Assembly (NCBI RefSeq): GCF_009914755.1
Contig: NC_060926.1
Strand: one strand, 5' to 3'
Origin: the human T2T-CHM13v2.0 reference genome, Homo sapiens
Length of the DNA stretch: 64,000 bases
Under the pieces are notes generated by a model, which saw only the letters and a list, made by a program, of their open reading frames with translations, searched no databases and was not told the DNA's origin. This document shows positions 12,290 through 26,129 of this stretch, piece by piece; within the stretch, counting starts at the first letter, position 1; each line of letters opens with the position of its first letter. Made by a program: the position numbers and the translations under genes.

Positions 12290-13120
12290 GTGGGCTGGAG
12301 ACTAAGCGCGGGGTGCAAGGGCTTCATGCGCCCTAGGGAGGAGGTCACTGTGGGCAAGAGGTGGAGTGGGGTGTATGGAACAGCCAGGCACTCGCAATGA
12401 GTCCATCTCTCAGTTCACCCCGGTCAGCCCTAGACTTCTGGGCTAGCCCAGCCGCTCCTTGCGTCCTGGGATGGGCTGCAGGCCTGCGAGTGGCAGGCGC
12501 AGCCCGGCTGCAGGAGCGCGGCTGGGGCTGGCCGCTCTCGCTGCCCTCTCTCCGGAACTGTTTTTTTCTGTCCTGGTCTCTGAAAGCCTTATTGATTGCT
12601 CAAAGTGAACTTCTCAGCCCACGGTTTCCTCACCCCCGGGGCAGCTTGCATTTCCTCTGCCGCGGCCTCTGTCGCCTCCCCTCCCGCGCGCCTCGGCCTT
12701 TTACATTTCAAATGCTCGACAGCTGGGCCAACTTCTGCTTCCGCCCAAAGAAGGGCTCTTTGCCGCTCACAATGGCCGGCCAGTGGCGCGGGGGCTCTTT
12801 TCTCTCCAGCTGTGAGAGAGGCTTTTTCAAAGGCCGGGGGGAAGCTGCCGTCCAGCTGCGCGCCTGGCCGCGGGGGCCCTGCATGCTAATCAGCGGCGCG
12901 CAGAGCCGGGCTCCGTGGGGCCGCGCAGATGCGCCCTCTCCGCCCGCAGAGCCTTCCGGGCAGGTGAGGCCAGGCCGGCCGGGCGTCACCGCAGGTGTGC
13001 ACTCCGCGCGCGCACTCAGCTCGCTTTGGTGTTTCTCCAGGCCCTCAGGGCCCACCACTCCTAGTCCCAGCCCACAGGTCTGCCCGAGTCTCCGCCCAGG
13101 AATGTGGTCCTGACGCAGGG
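12290..13120. promoter_or_regulatory. Orphan CpG island (candidate enhancer or lncRNA promoter)
   Basis: ~800 bp of very GC- and CpG-rich unique sequence in an otherwise CpG-poor window; dense E-box, SOX, TCF and POU-like motifs. Confidence 0.85.
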
Positions 13121-13197
13121 TGCTGGAACCAGGCTTCTGTATGCACTAGAGAAATGCCCTTGGCTCTATGACGGTGACCACAGAACCTGGACACACT

Positions 13198-13219
13198 GGG
13201 TGGGGGCGGGGGCCGGGGG
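13198..13219 (+). other. G-quadruplex motif / GC box
   Basis: GGG-T-GGGGG-C-GGGGG-CC-GGGGG: four G-runs with 1-2 nt loops. Confidence 0.75.
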
Positions 13220-13499
13220 TGGTGGTGGAGTCCTGATCCTGGCCACAGCCAGATGATTTTTGGAATAACCCGGCTTCAACTTGTTCATCACAGTTTATTC
13301 CCAGTTGAGTGCTTTTGTTCACCCTGGTCTTTATTTTGGGAGAATCTTCTGCTTTGTACCATGAGCGTCACTGCCTGTAGAAACCCTCTCCATCTGTGAA
13401 GTCCTCTTTCATATGGCCTGGCCGTCCATCCCCGCAGGCATTCCAAACGTCTTCTCTTTGGAGCACCGTGTTATTTCACCGTGGTATTTTGCTTGTCTT

Positions 13500-13690
13500 T
13501 AATAAGAATACCAAAGATACATAGTAATTGAGGCTTCACTAAGTTCCAGGTGCTAAAACCTGTCACATGCATTAATCTCATCGGGGTTGGTACAGTCCCT
13601 CAACACTGGAATTGTACAATCGTCATTTTATATGCTGGGGACCAGGGCACAGAGGCTGAGTGCTGGCAGGGCCATGGCTACCATGGCTAG
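13500..13690. mobile_element. MIR SINE
   Basis: aattgaggcttcactaagttccaggtgctaaa...acatgcattaatctcat...gggcacagaggctgagtg. Confidence 0.6.
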
Positions 13691-14384
13691 ATGCCCCGCA
13701 GCCCCCCGCCCCCACCCCCACACTGCCTTGTGTAGGTGTCCTCTCTATGTGTCTGATGGCTTTCCTGGGACTGGAATCTCCTTTAGGACTGGACTCTAGC
13801 ATCTTTCCTCTTGGTGATCCGTAAAGGGCCCGCCTTGCAGACACAAGGGATAAAGGAGATGGAAAAGTGGCATCCGGAAATATCCTGAGCACCCACACTG
13901 CCACCTGCAGTAGGATCATCCCTGTCACACATGTGACTTCACCCACGCGGCCACCCACAAGGAGAGTTCTTAACTTCACCATTTTTTAAAATGATAAACA
14001 TTAGATTTTGGGTGTACTGGACAGTAGAAAACAAAAATGTATATAACAGCTCCCGTTACTTATTATGGCTACTTGTATTGATGTGGCTCATGGGCTGCTC
14101 TCAGAGTGGATTTCTTCAAGGCGTGATGGACATGAGCTCCAGCTTCCCTCTCTCCTCTCTCCTCCAGTGTGATGCCTTCACCGGTTGGGAGTCATAGTGA
14201 ACTTCCTTCTTTTCAACATTGCTTTAATGCTTATGATACTTATTTACAAACCACAACTCAGTGAGACAATTACTGTTAGCCATAATTCAGAAGTGAAGAA
14301 ATCTAGATAAAAGAGTTAAAATGCCTGTTAAAATCAGAGAAGGACATAAACTCATTCTTGTACACTGGAAGTCTCAAACTCTTA

Positions 14385-14695
14385 ATTCTTCCTTGGCCTA
14401 GAGATGAGTTTTTTTGGACCACATGATGTCTTCTTGTATAAATTTGAATTTATTAAAAGGTACTTAAAAAGTAGAATATTTTACGTTTTAAATATCCAGA
14501 TTTCTAGTCTGTCTAGACAAATATCAGATGACCTGGCCACACTGGGCCTTCATTTTCACATGGCAACAGTCGGTACTGATTTTCCTCTGAGCACCATGTA
14601 TGAAGGTGGCATCTCCCGTGTGCCCATCTCCACCCTCAGTCTGTTTCCCTGATTCACAGCATCTGTCTGGCTCCTGAAGGCATTGACTTTGCCTG
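14385..14695. mobile_element. MER102-like hAT-Charlie DNA transposon
   Basis: atccagatttctag...gatgacctggccacactgggccttcattttcacatggcaacagtcgg. Confidence 0.65.
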
Positions 14696-15139
14696 GTTAT
14701 GCTTCAAAAGCGCCACCTCTGTCCGTGGAATAGTCTCTCATAGAAAAACAGCTCTCTCTGTGATCAGAAGGTCTTATTGCCATCAGAATCTGTGGTCTAT
14801 ATCTCTTGAGCTCTGCATTTTGACATAGATTTCAAAGATTAGGAAGGTTATCACAGAGACCTAAGTATGGTTAGACATCAGAAACTCCATTAATTATTAG
14901 TTGCATCACCATTTCCATTCATGCAGAAAAATAACTTGATAAAATTTATCTCTTTTTTTGTGGTAAAAACAATCCTCAAGAATGGTCCTAGCCATTGCAA
15001 TATGAAAAGAAAAAAAAAGAAAGAAATGAAAACTTTAAACATTTAAGTAATAGATAAAATTGCTATTATATGCAAATAACATATTTTAATAGAAAATTCA
15101 AAAGAATCCCCAAACCATTAACACTAATGCCTACTATAT

Positions 15140-15560
15140 TCAATTCATTTATTCAACAAACATTTATTGAATGCAGTGGCTATTCCAGTTGCAGTAGGTG
15201 AGAAGTGCAGACAGTTATGCTTAGATGGGGCTAGTCTTTTATTTGTTTAAAAATAAATTTGTAATGTGTCTTATGATGACATGAATGCTCTGGAAAATAA
15301 TTTAAAAAATAAATTTATTCACATATATTTTTTGAAATAGATGGTGATCAGAGAAGGGCTCATAACAATGAGATGACATCTGAGCAGTGCCTTGAAAGAA
15401 GTGAGGGAATTAGTGAATAGCTGAGTGGAGTGGGGGGTCATTCTATACTGGAGAACGATAAGTATGAATGGTTCAAGGTGAGGTTGGAGAAGTGATACAG
15501 GTTCAGATGACTTAAGCCCTTGTAGCTCCTTGAAGGATTTGAGATGGGGGCCATTCATGG
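15140..15560 (-). mobile_element. L2 LINE 3' end
   Basis: ttcatttattcaacaaacatttattgaatgc is the L2 tail in reverse. Confidence 0.75.
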
Positions 15561-15636
15561 TCTTCACACTCATTGCTGAATGAAGTACAAGATTGAAAAC
15601 TGAGCAGGCTCTTTTTTACCACCTCAGCTTAGGAGT

Positions 15637-16064
15637 GTGCAGTGGATGTGGGGGTGTGTTGCTCATCACTCCCCCTGAGGTCTGAGGTATTTATTATCCC
15701 TGTTGTTGAAGTGTCGGGTGGCTCCCCGGGACATCCCTCCCCATAAATTTCTCAGATAAAGAAAGCCATCTAGCACAAGGAAATGTCCTCTCCCTAGAAG
15801 CTGCCCACTTCTAATGATGGCTGACATGGGAGGAAAAAGACACAGCTCATGCCTCCATCTGGAACAATTCTGAGATGCGATTTCACCTCCAGGGCCCTTG
15901 CGGGATCAGCTAAGGCTCTGCTGGAAATGAATCACAGTTCAGTTCAAGTCTTCCCTCTGCCCAGATCTCCACCTCTAACTCCCATACAGGTGAATTCCTG
16001 AAGGGCTGGCCCAATAACCTCCCATACCAAATCTGTGACTCGATTTCCCAGGGAACCAAAGACA
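15637..16064 (+). mobile_element. ERVL solo LTR (LTR16-like)
   Basis: LTR16-type blocks; ends tttcccagggaaccaaagaca. Confidence 0.6.
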
Positions 16065-16444
16065 AGTGGTACATTCTTATTTTTTTTCAACAAGAAGTAG
16101 TCACATTCTCCCATGTTGGTGAAAGTGCGATGAGAAATGCAGTCTGTGTGCCTGGAAGAGAAACCCCATTGGCGAGCATTTACAATGTCCGTCATATGTC
16201 CCTTTAGATATCTACAAAGATACTAAGTAAGCAAGTTGATGTATGAACCCAGACTTCAGGAAGTATGTCCAGACTGGAGATAGTAATCCTGGGTGGTATT
16301 TAAAGACATGGAACCAGGTGGTATTACCTAAATGCAGGTGGAGAAGAGAAGAGATGCAAGAACTGAGCTGTGGGGCACACCGATACTTACAAAATCCAGG
16401 AGATAACAATGAGCCCGGAAAGGAGACTGAGAATTTAAAGATGG

Positions 16445-17238
<794 letters not shown>

Positions 17239-17419
17239 TGAGGTATTTTATACAGAAAGACACCTTCCCATCTTACTATTATAGAGCCCCTCAAATATTA
17301 ACAAAGTCAGCCCTGTTAGGTGTCATTTGTAACCACAAATTGAAAATCACTGGTAGCCAGTACCTTTGATTCACTTGTGTGTTGCCAATACATCATGATG
17401 ATTACAGTAATAATAATGA

Positions 17420-17650
17420 AAATGATTGTAATGATGATATACTCTTTGTTTAGCCTACATTGTGGTGGACACTTTGCCAAGCCTTCTGATGCATTATTTT
17501 ATTTAATCCTCTGTAGGATACCAGAATAGAGAGATGATTATTACTCTTATTGTGCAGATGAGAAAACTGATGTCTAGAGAGAATGAATAAATCCCATCTT
17601 TCACAGCTGGTAAGCAGCAGAACCAGAATCTATCCCATCATTGTTTTCCT
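17420..17650. mobile_element. MIR SINE
   Basis: atttaatcctc...tgcagatgagaaaactga...agctggtaagcagcagaaccagaat. Confidence 0.7.
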
Positions 17651-18157
17651 CTAGAGAAAATATTCACCCTTGAGAAGCTTCACCCTCTCTCTGCACAGTG
17701 TGAGCCTCAGACCATGTGTTCGGTTATTGTCTGTTAACTAAAAGTGAACCACCAGAACTGGAGGTGCCTGCAAAGGCCAGCAGGAGTAACAGCATGCGTC
17801 TGACACAGGTCCCAGAGAAGTTCTGGCTTCTCTTCTTTCTGAAGTACTGAACCACAGAGTAGTAGCAGAAATACCGTCAAGCCTTCTTTCCCATGTTCCC
17901 ACGGCAGTGAACCCATTCGTGCTCTGAACACTTTCCATTCCACATATTTCTTCATAACAGAAGGTGTCAAAATGCTCCATGCTTCCTCTTTTGGGGAAAT
18001 TAACTTAATTCAATTGAACTGCACTTATAATCACAGACGGGAATGACCTCAGAGAACTTCATTTCAACCCTCTCATTTTACAGTGGAAAGGAAAACCCCC
18101 AAATTTAAGTGACGTCCTTGTTCCATATAGCACCCTTCCTTACTGGAACCCAGCGAC

Positions 18158-18326
18158 TCTCAGTTCTATTTGCAATGGAGAACCACCTGGGGAATTTGAA
18201 AACATTCTGCTGCCCTGGCCACATTTCCACATACTCTGATTTAATTGGCCTGGGGAGGGACTTGGCTTTCGAACTGTCTTCATCTCCCAGGTGCTTCCAA
18301 TATGCAGCCATGGTGGAGAACCTCTG
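18158..18326. mobile_element. MER5A-like DNA transposon
   Basis: gaaccacctggggaatttgaaaac...tcccaggtgcttccaatatgcagccatggtggagaacctctg. Confidence 0.75.
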
Positions 18327-18721
18327 CTTTTTGTCTCCTTCCCTGGCACATTCACATAAACACATCTTTGATCTTGCTGGCCCAAAGAGTAATGACTGAA
18401 GCTGTGAGCTTATTTTACCAACAGAAATGGGACTGGTTGGGAACAAATTGGGCAATGTTTGCTCTTCTAAAAACCCTCTGAGGTTGTTCTTAGGAGACTT
18501 TTCCCCCTATTTTTCCATAGACAGGTCTTCTGATATGTTAGGTTTTCTTCAGTGCATTTTTTGAGAGGTAAAGAAAATAAAAAAACATTGTTTTTATCAG
18601 CCACAAATGGAATATATTTGGGAGTAATGGCAGCTCAGAAAGTTAAGGATTGGATTTAGTTATATTTTAATAATCTGTAAAAGCCTAGCTCCAGCTAATA
18701 GAATGCATATTTTATTTAAAG

Positions 18722-18944
18722 CAGGCATTGTCAAACTTCTTCTGTAAAGGGCCAGATAGTAAACATTTTCAGCTCCACAGGCCATATGGTCTCTGTTGCA
18801 ACTACTCAACTCTGCCATTGAGGTGTGAAAAGCACCCACAGATAAGACATAAACAAATGGGTGTGGTTGTGCTCCAATAAAACTGTATTTAGAAAAACAG
18901 ACAGTGGGCTGAATGTGGCTCATGGTCATTATTTGCCAACCTCT
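18722..18944. mobile_element. MER58A DNA transposon
   Basis: tctgtaaagggccagatagtaaacattttcagct...gtctctgttgcaactactcaactctgcc. Confidence 0.85.
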
Positions 18945-20074
18945 AAAATGTCAGATTAGAAAAAGTACTGTTTGATGATGCTCCAACTCTAACAAAGGCC
19001 AAAATAGAATTTAAATGTTTTGCTTAGATGGTGGGGGTTTCTGAACTTAAGAAAAAATCCCTAATGTTGTTTTAATATTTGACTCGGGTGTCCAAAAGCT
19101 TGCAAGACCCCAGTAGAAATTAAACAGAGTTTATTTCAGTGCCTTTTGAGCATCTCTGTATCTTTTTAATACATCCTACCTTTGGTGCTATTTACAAATG
19201 TTTCTTTTTTCATCTTAATAAAAATTTAGCAGAAAAATCTGCTAAACCCCAGAAGCGTCAGATAATTACTTGGAAAATGGAAAGGCAGTGAACACTAGTC
19301 ATTTCATAATTTCAATTTTATGATTACTTTATTACAGAAAAACTTTCATAATAGTTGCATCATTTGAATCAGTTTTCGGTTTCAGCCCAAACCACGGGCA
19401 CTTACGAAAACCTACCCTAACTTGATTTAGGTCTTCGAGCAAACCTAGAAAAATACTTACTAGAATGAAAAGAATCCTTAATGTGTTCTAATCATTGCTA
19501 TGAGAGGTTGGAAGGCAGGCAAATGCTTTTCCTTTGCTGTTCTCTCAGCTTATAACATCCTGCCTAATTCTAATAGCATCTTTCAGGAATAGAGGAAGAT
19601 GGCATTGAAAGTTAAGTGTGACTTTCCACTGCAACTCGGCAATGACCACTCACTTTTGCATTAATAATGAATGAGTATCTAAAGGTTAGTGAGCGAATGT
19701 AGCAGAACCAGCCAGAGGGAGTCATCAGGAGGCATCCCAGCTGAAATACACTGTGCAAGCCTGGGAGGAAAGAGGTTCCCCTGAAAGGCACTATCTGGAC
19801 TGATGGGTTTTCAGGGAGCCAGTCATTCACTAAACCCACATAGGCTGGGAAGCAGATAAAGAACTGAGGCTGCAACGTAATCAGATGGGATTTGGGAACA
19901 GAAAGTCAGATAATACCATGTCTGTCTGGACCTTAGACCAGGGCTCTAGAGAGTTCTCTGAGTAAAACGGCAAAGTTTGAGACTTTTGCAGGACACTTTC
20001 AACTCTCAGCTGCCTTCAACTCCTTATTGTCACTTTTGCTTTGTTTACTTTACTGCAGTTTTCATTTATGTTTT

Positions 20075-20469
<395 letters not shown>

Positions 20470-20711
20470 TCATGGTTATAGGGCTACAGCATTCCTATGA
20501 CTTTTAAAGTCCTAAGATTGGTTCAGTCAACAACCCAAAAAGACTAATCATAGTGTGAAATATCTACTTCCTGTGAACTGTACATTGTCATATTTCCACT
20601 TTAGTGCTGGGGAGCGCTAAAAAAAACCATGTTGGTGCTAAAGAAAATACCTTCTTCTTCATGTCAGCAGGGAAAGTTTGAAAATTAGCCTTGTTTTCTA
20701 CCAGCAAACTC

Positions 20712-21000
20712 TATTCATTTGTTCTTTCATTAAATCCTATTACTGAAATTCTGCTGGGTGCCATCACTGTACTAGGCATGAGGAATACAGTGGTTAGGAA
20801 GATCCTGTCCCTCTCCCAAGGAGTTCCTAGATAGGTATGGAAGGATGACAAGAAATAAATAGCTACCGCTATTATGAGTCGCATGGTAAGAACAGGGTGC
20901 TGGGACAATTCATAGCAGTGAGTTTCTCCCAAATCTAGGAGTCAGAGAAAATTTTCCAGGCGAGTGATATCTATCTGGAGACTAAGAGGATGAAGATGTC
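20712..21000 (-). mobile_element. L2 LINE 3' end
   Basis: attcatttgttctttcatt...tgccatcactgtactaggcatgaggaatacag. Confidence 0.75.
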
Positions 21001-21146
21001 TTTGTTTTACATCTGAAAATTTATGTCAATTTTATCAGCTGATTTGAATTTTTGAATGAGGATTGCAACTAGAATAGATTGTTGGTTTTTACATTAACTC
21101 TTCCTCTAATAAAGTTGCCATTTTTGTCCCATCACAAAGAATGTAT

Positions 21147-21250
21147 ATTAAGTAACATTATATGATTTTTAAGAAAATCATGTATGATTAAGTAATATTA
21201 TACAATTTTTTAAAAAATCATATATGATTAAGTAACATTATACAACTTTT
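21147..21250. repeat. AT-rich tandem repeat, 40-bp unit x ~2.6
   Basis: attaagtaa(c/t)attata recurs at 21147, 21187 and 21227. Confidence 0.85.
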
Positions 21251-21509
21251 TGTTCAAGAAAGGACAAAAACATTACTGGAGAAACTAAGCATCTGGTTCA
21301 TCCGATGTCATTAGACACTAGGGCCTACAGATAAGAAAATGATGATGAAGAAATGGCAGAATTTCCCCTTGATGATGGGAGGCTTGGTCAAGGCCAGGAA
21401 GACCACTATGTAGGGACCGTGTGGAAGAGACCTTCAATACTCTGACTCACTCCCCAACTAACATAACTGCTACTGACTGCTGGCACCATATTTTAATCAA
21501 ACTTTTTCA

Positions 21510-22330
21510 AGATTCATCCATCCATTCATTCAAAAATATTTTTAATGAAATATTTCAATAACAACTGAAAGTGAAATGGCCCTTTAAATGGAAGAGCTCA
21601 TTTTTTGTGAGTGAAGCAAACAGGAGAGTCATTCCCATCAGGGTGTCAGGACCATTCGTGGTTGGCATATGTCAAGTGTTGATACTCAAAGGTGGGCAGA
21701 ACTAACTCAACCTGAGAAAACAGAAAAAAGTTCCAGATTCAGGCAGGTGGGGATGAGAAAGAAGAGCATTCTGTTTGGTCCGTTCAGGATAAGCCCAGTG
21801 AAAGGACAGGATGTGCTTTAGAAAGAGCGAGCAGCTTGGTTTCTTTAAAACATTAACGTTCTGGGAATAAGGATGGAAGGACAATTTGAACAGAATGTGG
21901 GGACATTTTTTCACTTTTGGGGATTTTATGCTTTGATCAATTTGGAATTACTAAAGGACTTTGACCAAGGCAGTGATTCAATTAGTTTGTCACGTAGAAG
22001 ATTCTTCTGCCAATACAACGGTGAAGGGCTGACCACAAAGACAATAGAGACAAATGTGTGTGCATATGTTGGGGTAGGTGGAGAATAAAATTCAATTGCT
22101 CTGTTGAGAGATAGTGCATTGAAAGGATGTATTGAAGGCAATTTTGGGAATTAAAATGTTCAACATTACTTGACCTGTGAAATGTGGAGGTCAGCATGAG
22201 GAATCAAGAATTATTATCATTTTCTCATAGAATACATGTTATGGCACAGGGGAAGCCAAGAGAAGCATGTTTAGGGGAATATGTCATGAGATACAATAAT
22301 CTTAGGTGATGGGCTTCTTGATGTGCCTCA
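21510..22330 (-). mobile_element. L2 LINE fragments
   Basis: ttcatccatccattcattcaaaaatattt tail followed by degenerate L2 body. Confidence 0.55.
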
Positions 22331-23394
22331 GCTTTCATCATGTATTTCTTCTTATTTCCTTCACTCAGAAGCTGTAATTTATGCAAGCTTCGACTGACTG
22401 TAATTCACTTACTGCTCAATGAATATTCCTCTGAATGATCTGTAAAGGCTATTTTGTCCAAAAGCTGTGTCTGGGACAAATGTGATAGTGTCAAGGGATT
22501 TCATTCTGGACAAATGCATAAGAAAAAAATTTTAAAAGCTGAACACGCCAAATTTCTTATGATAAAACATTTCTTTAAAAAATAGGAGAAAAAAGTACAA
22601 CGGCTTTAGAAATACCAGGTGAGGGATGTGTGAACTGATGAGTCTGTGGCTGTCACTTGCCCGTTATCACACGGTAAAGTGTCAGCAATGCCTCCACACC
22701 AAGTTAGACAAAGAGAGCCTTTAGAACCTATTCTAATTACTCTAGAGATGCCCACAGAAGGCTGACTCTGCACTCTGTTGATTTATTTGAGTAAAAAAAT
22801 TAAGTGGTTCAGACATAGGATGGATATATAAGATCAGTCTGGGATTAGCTCACTGCACTGTATTCCTTTTCCTGTGTTCATGGGTCACTTGAGCCAGTGG
22901 AGCTCTGTCTATAAGAAGACCTTTGTGCCTAGGGCTGAAGCATGGGGAAATATAGCATGTTCTCCTGTTTTCGATCATTGTGTCCCATCTTAACTGCAGA
23001 ATGAGTGTTGGAAAGAAATTCTGACTTTGAATTTATCACAAAACACCCTTCAGTGTAGGATCCCAAATACTCTCTGAATGATTAAATAAATAAGTGAATG
23101 GATATCTTTCCTCCTGGAATGAAAATGGTATTTAAAGTAGACCTGGGTTTACCTCCCAGCTCTGATCTTGATTAGGTGTAAAACCAGGTGCAACCTATTT
23201 GACCCATCTTAGCCCCAACTTCCTCCCTTACCTGAGAAACAGGTAGAGATACCCATTTCATACACTAGTACATAAGGAGCAGAGGTAATATAAGCAATGG
23301 ACTTTACTCATTGTTTCAACAGTTGGCTTTCAATGCATGGTAGGTCTTACTAGGGTTATAAAGATTCTTTGCCAAGTGTCTGATTCTCTAAGCT

Positions 23395-23856
23395 TGATAT
23401 GGTTTGGCTGTGTCCCCACCCAAATCTCACCTTGAATTGTAATAATCCTCATGTAGGAAGGGTGGTGCTAGGTGGAGATAATTGAATCATGGGGGCAATT
23501 TCCCCCATACTGTTCTCATGGTAGTGATTAAGTGTCACAAGATCTGATGGTTTTATAAATGGGAATTCCCCTACCCAAGCTTCTTGCCTACCACCATGTA
23601 GGACGTACCTTGCTCTTCTGCCATGATTTTGAGGCCTCCCCAGCCATGTGGAACTGTGAGTCAATTAAAACTCTTTCCTTTACACGGAGCTTGCAGTGAG
23701 CTGAGATTGTGCCACTGTACTCCAGCCTGGGCGACAGAGCAAGACTCTGTCTCAAACAAAACAAAACAACCAAACAAAAAACCAAAAACTCTTTCCTTTA
23801 TAAATTACCTAGTCTAGGGTATGTCTTTATTAGCAGCATGAAAACAGACTAATACA
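23395..23856 (+). mobile_element. THE1 (MaLR) solo LTR
   Basis: tgatatggtttggctgtgtccccacccaaatctc...aaacagactaataca; exact 5-bp TSD aagct (23390-23394 / 23857-23861). Confidence 0.95.
23683..23784 (+). mobile_element. 5'-truncated AluY-type fragment inside THE1
   Basis: ggagcttgcagtgag...gtctc plus A-rich tail; perfect 16-bp TSD aaaactctttccttta. Confidence 0.9.
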
Positions 23857-25152
23857 AAGCTCTATCATATACCCACCTTGTCAAAAAACAGGAGGAGATG
23901 GGAAGAGGGTGAAAATTTTTAAAGGTAAGAATATTGAAGGAGAACCATGGTTGAGAATACATGCTGAGGGAATCTAGAATATTCAAAAGAGAATTGGCAC
24001 TAGGGATACATGTATCATAGCACCCCTTTCATGGTTTATCCCAGAAATAAAAGCTTTTTTTGGATAAAGGATTATTTGTACAACCATTGATGAGGAGAGG
24101 AGCTGACAACAGACTGGAGCGTAGGTAATGTGACACTTCCTCGTGCCAAACTTTCAATACAGCTTGTTGTGGTTCAGCAGCATCAGTGGGATTTATTGGT
24201 TTGTTGAAAGTGACAAAAGTTTTCTCAATAGGCAATGATAAACAAAGGAGATTGTTACAATAAGAATAATTTTGGAGTTCTAAATCAGATATAATTCACC
24301 AGAGAGAATGAAAGTATGGAATTTTACAAGTTGTGTGTGTGTGTGTGTGTTTACACCATTATGCTGTGGTCAGGCAGCTGCTTTTCCTTCTTTTTAATTA
24401 GCATTTTAAGAAACATTTCACATTCATTGTTTGTTTTTATATACTCTAGTTTTCTTTTTTTTTGTAATCATTAGAGTCTCTGTTTTATGTGTATTTCACA
24501 CACACACAAAAACACACACACAAACACACTCTTTCAAAACCCCAAAATGGTATTTTTTTATTGCCCTATGTCTCTAAGTTAAAGGAAGCTAACATTTTCA
24601 CCTCTCCTTGTTTCAAGTAATATTGTTTATCAGCACTGAACTTTTCCTTTCTCAAGATGCCTGTGTTTGACTGTGAGTTTGATGATCATTCCCCCACATG
24701 CCTATGCGAAACCTGTAATTAAAGACATTTTATGAAAGATACTGTAGTTGTCACTAAGCTAAAAGACCTTGCTTTCAAGTGGTGAAGCTGAGGCTCCAAG
24801 TGCTTAAGTTAAAATATTGGTTATATAATTGACACACGTGCTTGTCAACTAAATGATTTCTTTTGTTTTCTCTTCAATATTAAATATTTAGCAGAAAGAG
24901 ATAAGTGCAAATAAGCAAGTGTATAACACGATCAGTGTTTTGTTTTATTTCCTTTTTAATCTTTGATTTTTGAAGATCTTAATTCAACAATTTAAGGGCA
25001 CTTAGTGCCACCACTATCCTCCATCTCACTCCCTCATGGAGCAACTACAGACTTTAATTTCTTTTAGTCCAAGTAAGATAGCTGTAGAACAGGGAAACTT
25101 TAATATGCATAAAGGCTGAAGGGTACTAGAGCTTAATTTCTTACTCACATAA

Positions 25153-25542
<390 letters not shown>

Positions 25543-26129
25543 CAGCTTTTTTCATATTGAGTAGAAGCCCAGGTAGAAGAGAAACTCGTGGAAGATGGCT
25601 AGAGCAGAGCTTACGGGCCAAGCTGGAATCTGTAAAACAGTATACAGCTATTTTGCTCATAGTTTATGGGCTAGAACTCTGTTACATGGACACACCTGGC
25701 TGCAAGAGATCCTGGAAAATGAAGACCAACCATGCATGTGTGTACACAGGAATGCATGCACAGAAATGGAATCACACTCTTCCCACATTTTGCTGTGCAT
25801 TGCTTTTACCATATCAGCCCATACAGCTCTATTGCATTATTCTTAGGGTTTGTATAGCGTTTTGATAGAAGAATGTTTTATTTAACCAGTTTATAAGCCC
25901 TCACTTTTAAAACCACACTAACTTTCACAACAGAGTAAAAACCTTGCTTATTAATTCTATGAAATGACGTGTTTTGGAGATTTGAATTTTGTTGGTAATT
26001 AAGCCTTTATCACACCAAGCACCACTTTTCATCTGAATTTTAAGGAATGTTTGCACGAATCTCTTTCCAAATTCATTGCGCAGTTAGGTGCTTTCTTAGA
26101 AAAAAAATCATCCACAGACAATAATTTAA

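Noticed and set aside
12361-13113. 250-aa ORF across the CpG island
   Set aside because: GTG start, low-complexity Arg/Pro/Gly/Ala/Ser composition and overlapping ORFs in other frames; long ORFs are expected in GC-rich DNA, and I recognise no domain
14709-14724. Reverse CTCF-like motif (agcgccacctctgtcc)
   Set aside because: Only the AGGTGGCGC half matches; the CCASY half is poor
19225-19246. Hairpin TTTAGCAGA-AAAA-TCTGCTAAA
   Set aside because: A single 9-bp stem is expected about once by chance in 64 kb of AT-rich DNA
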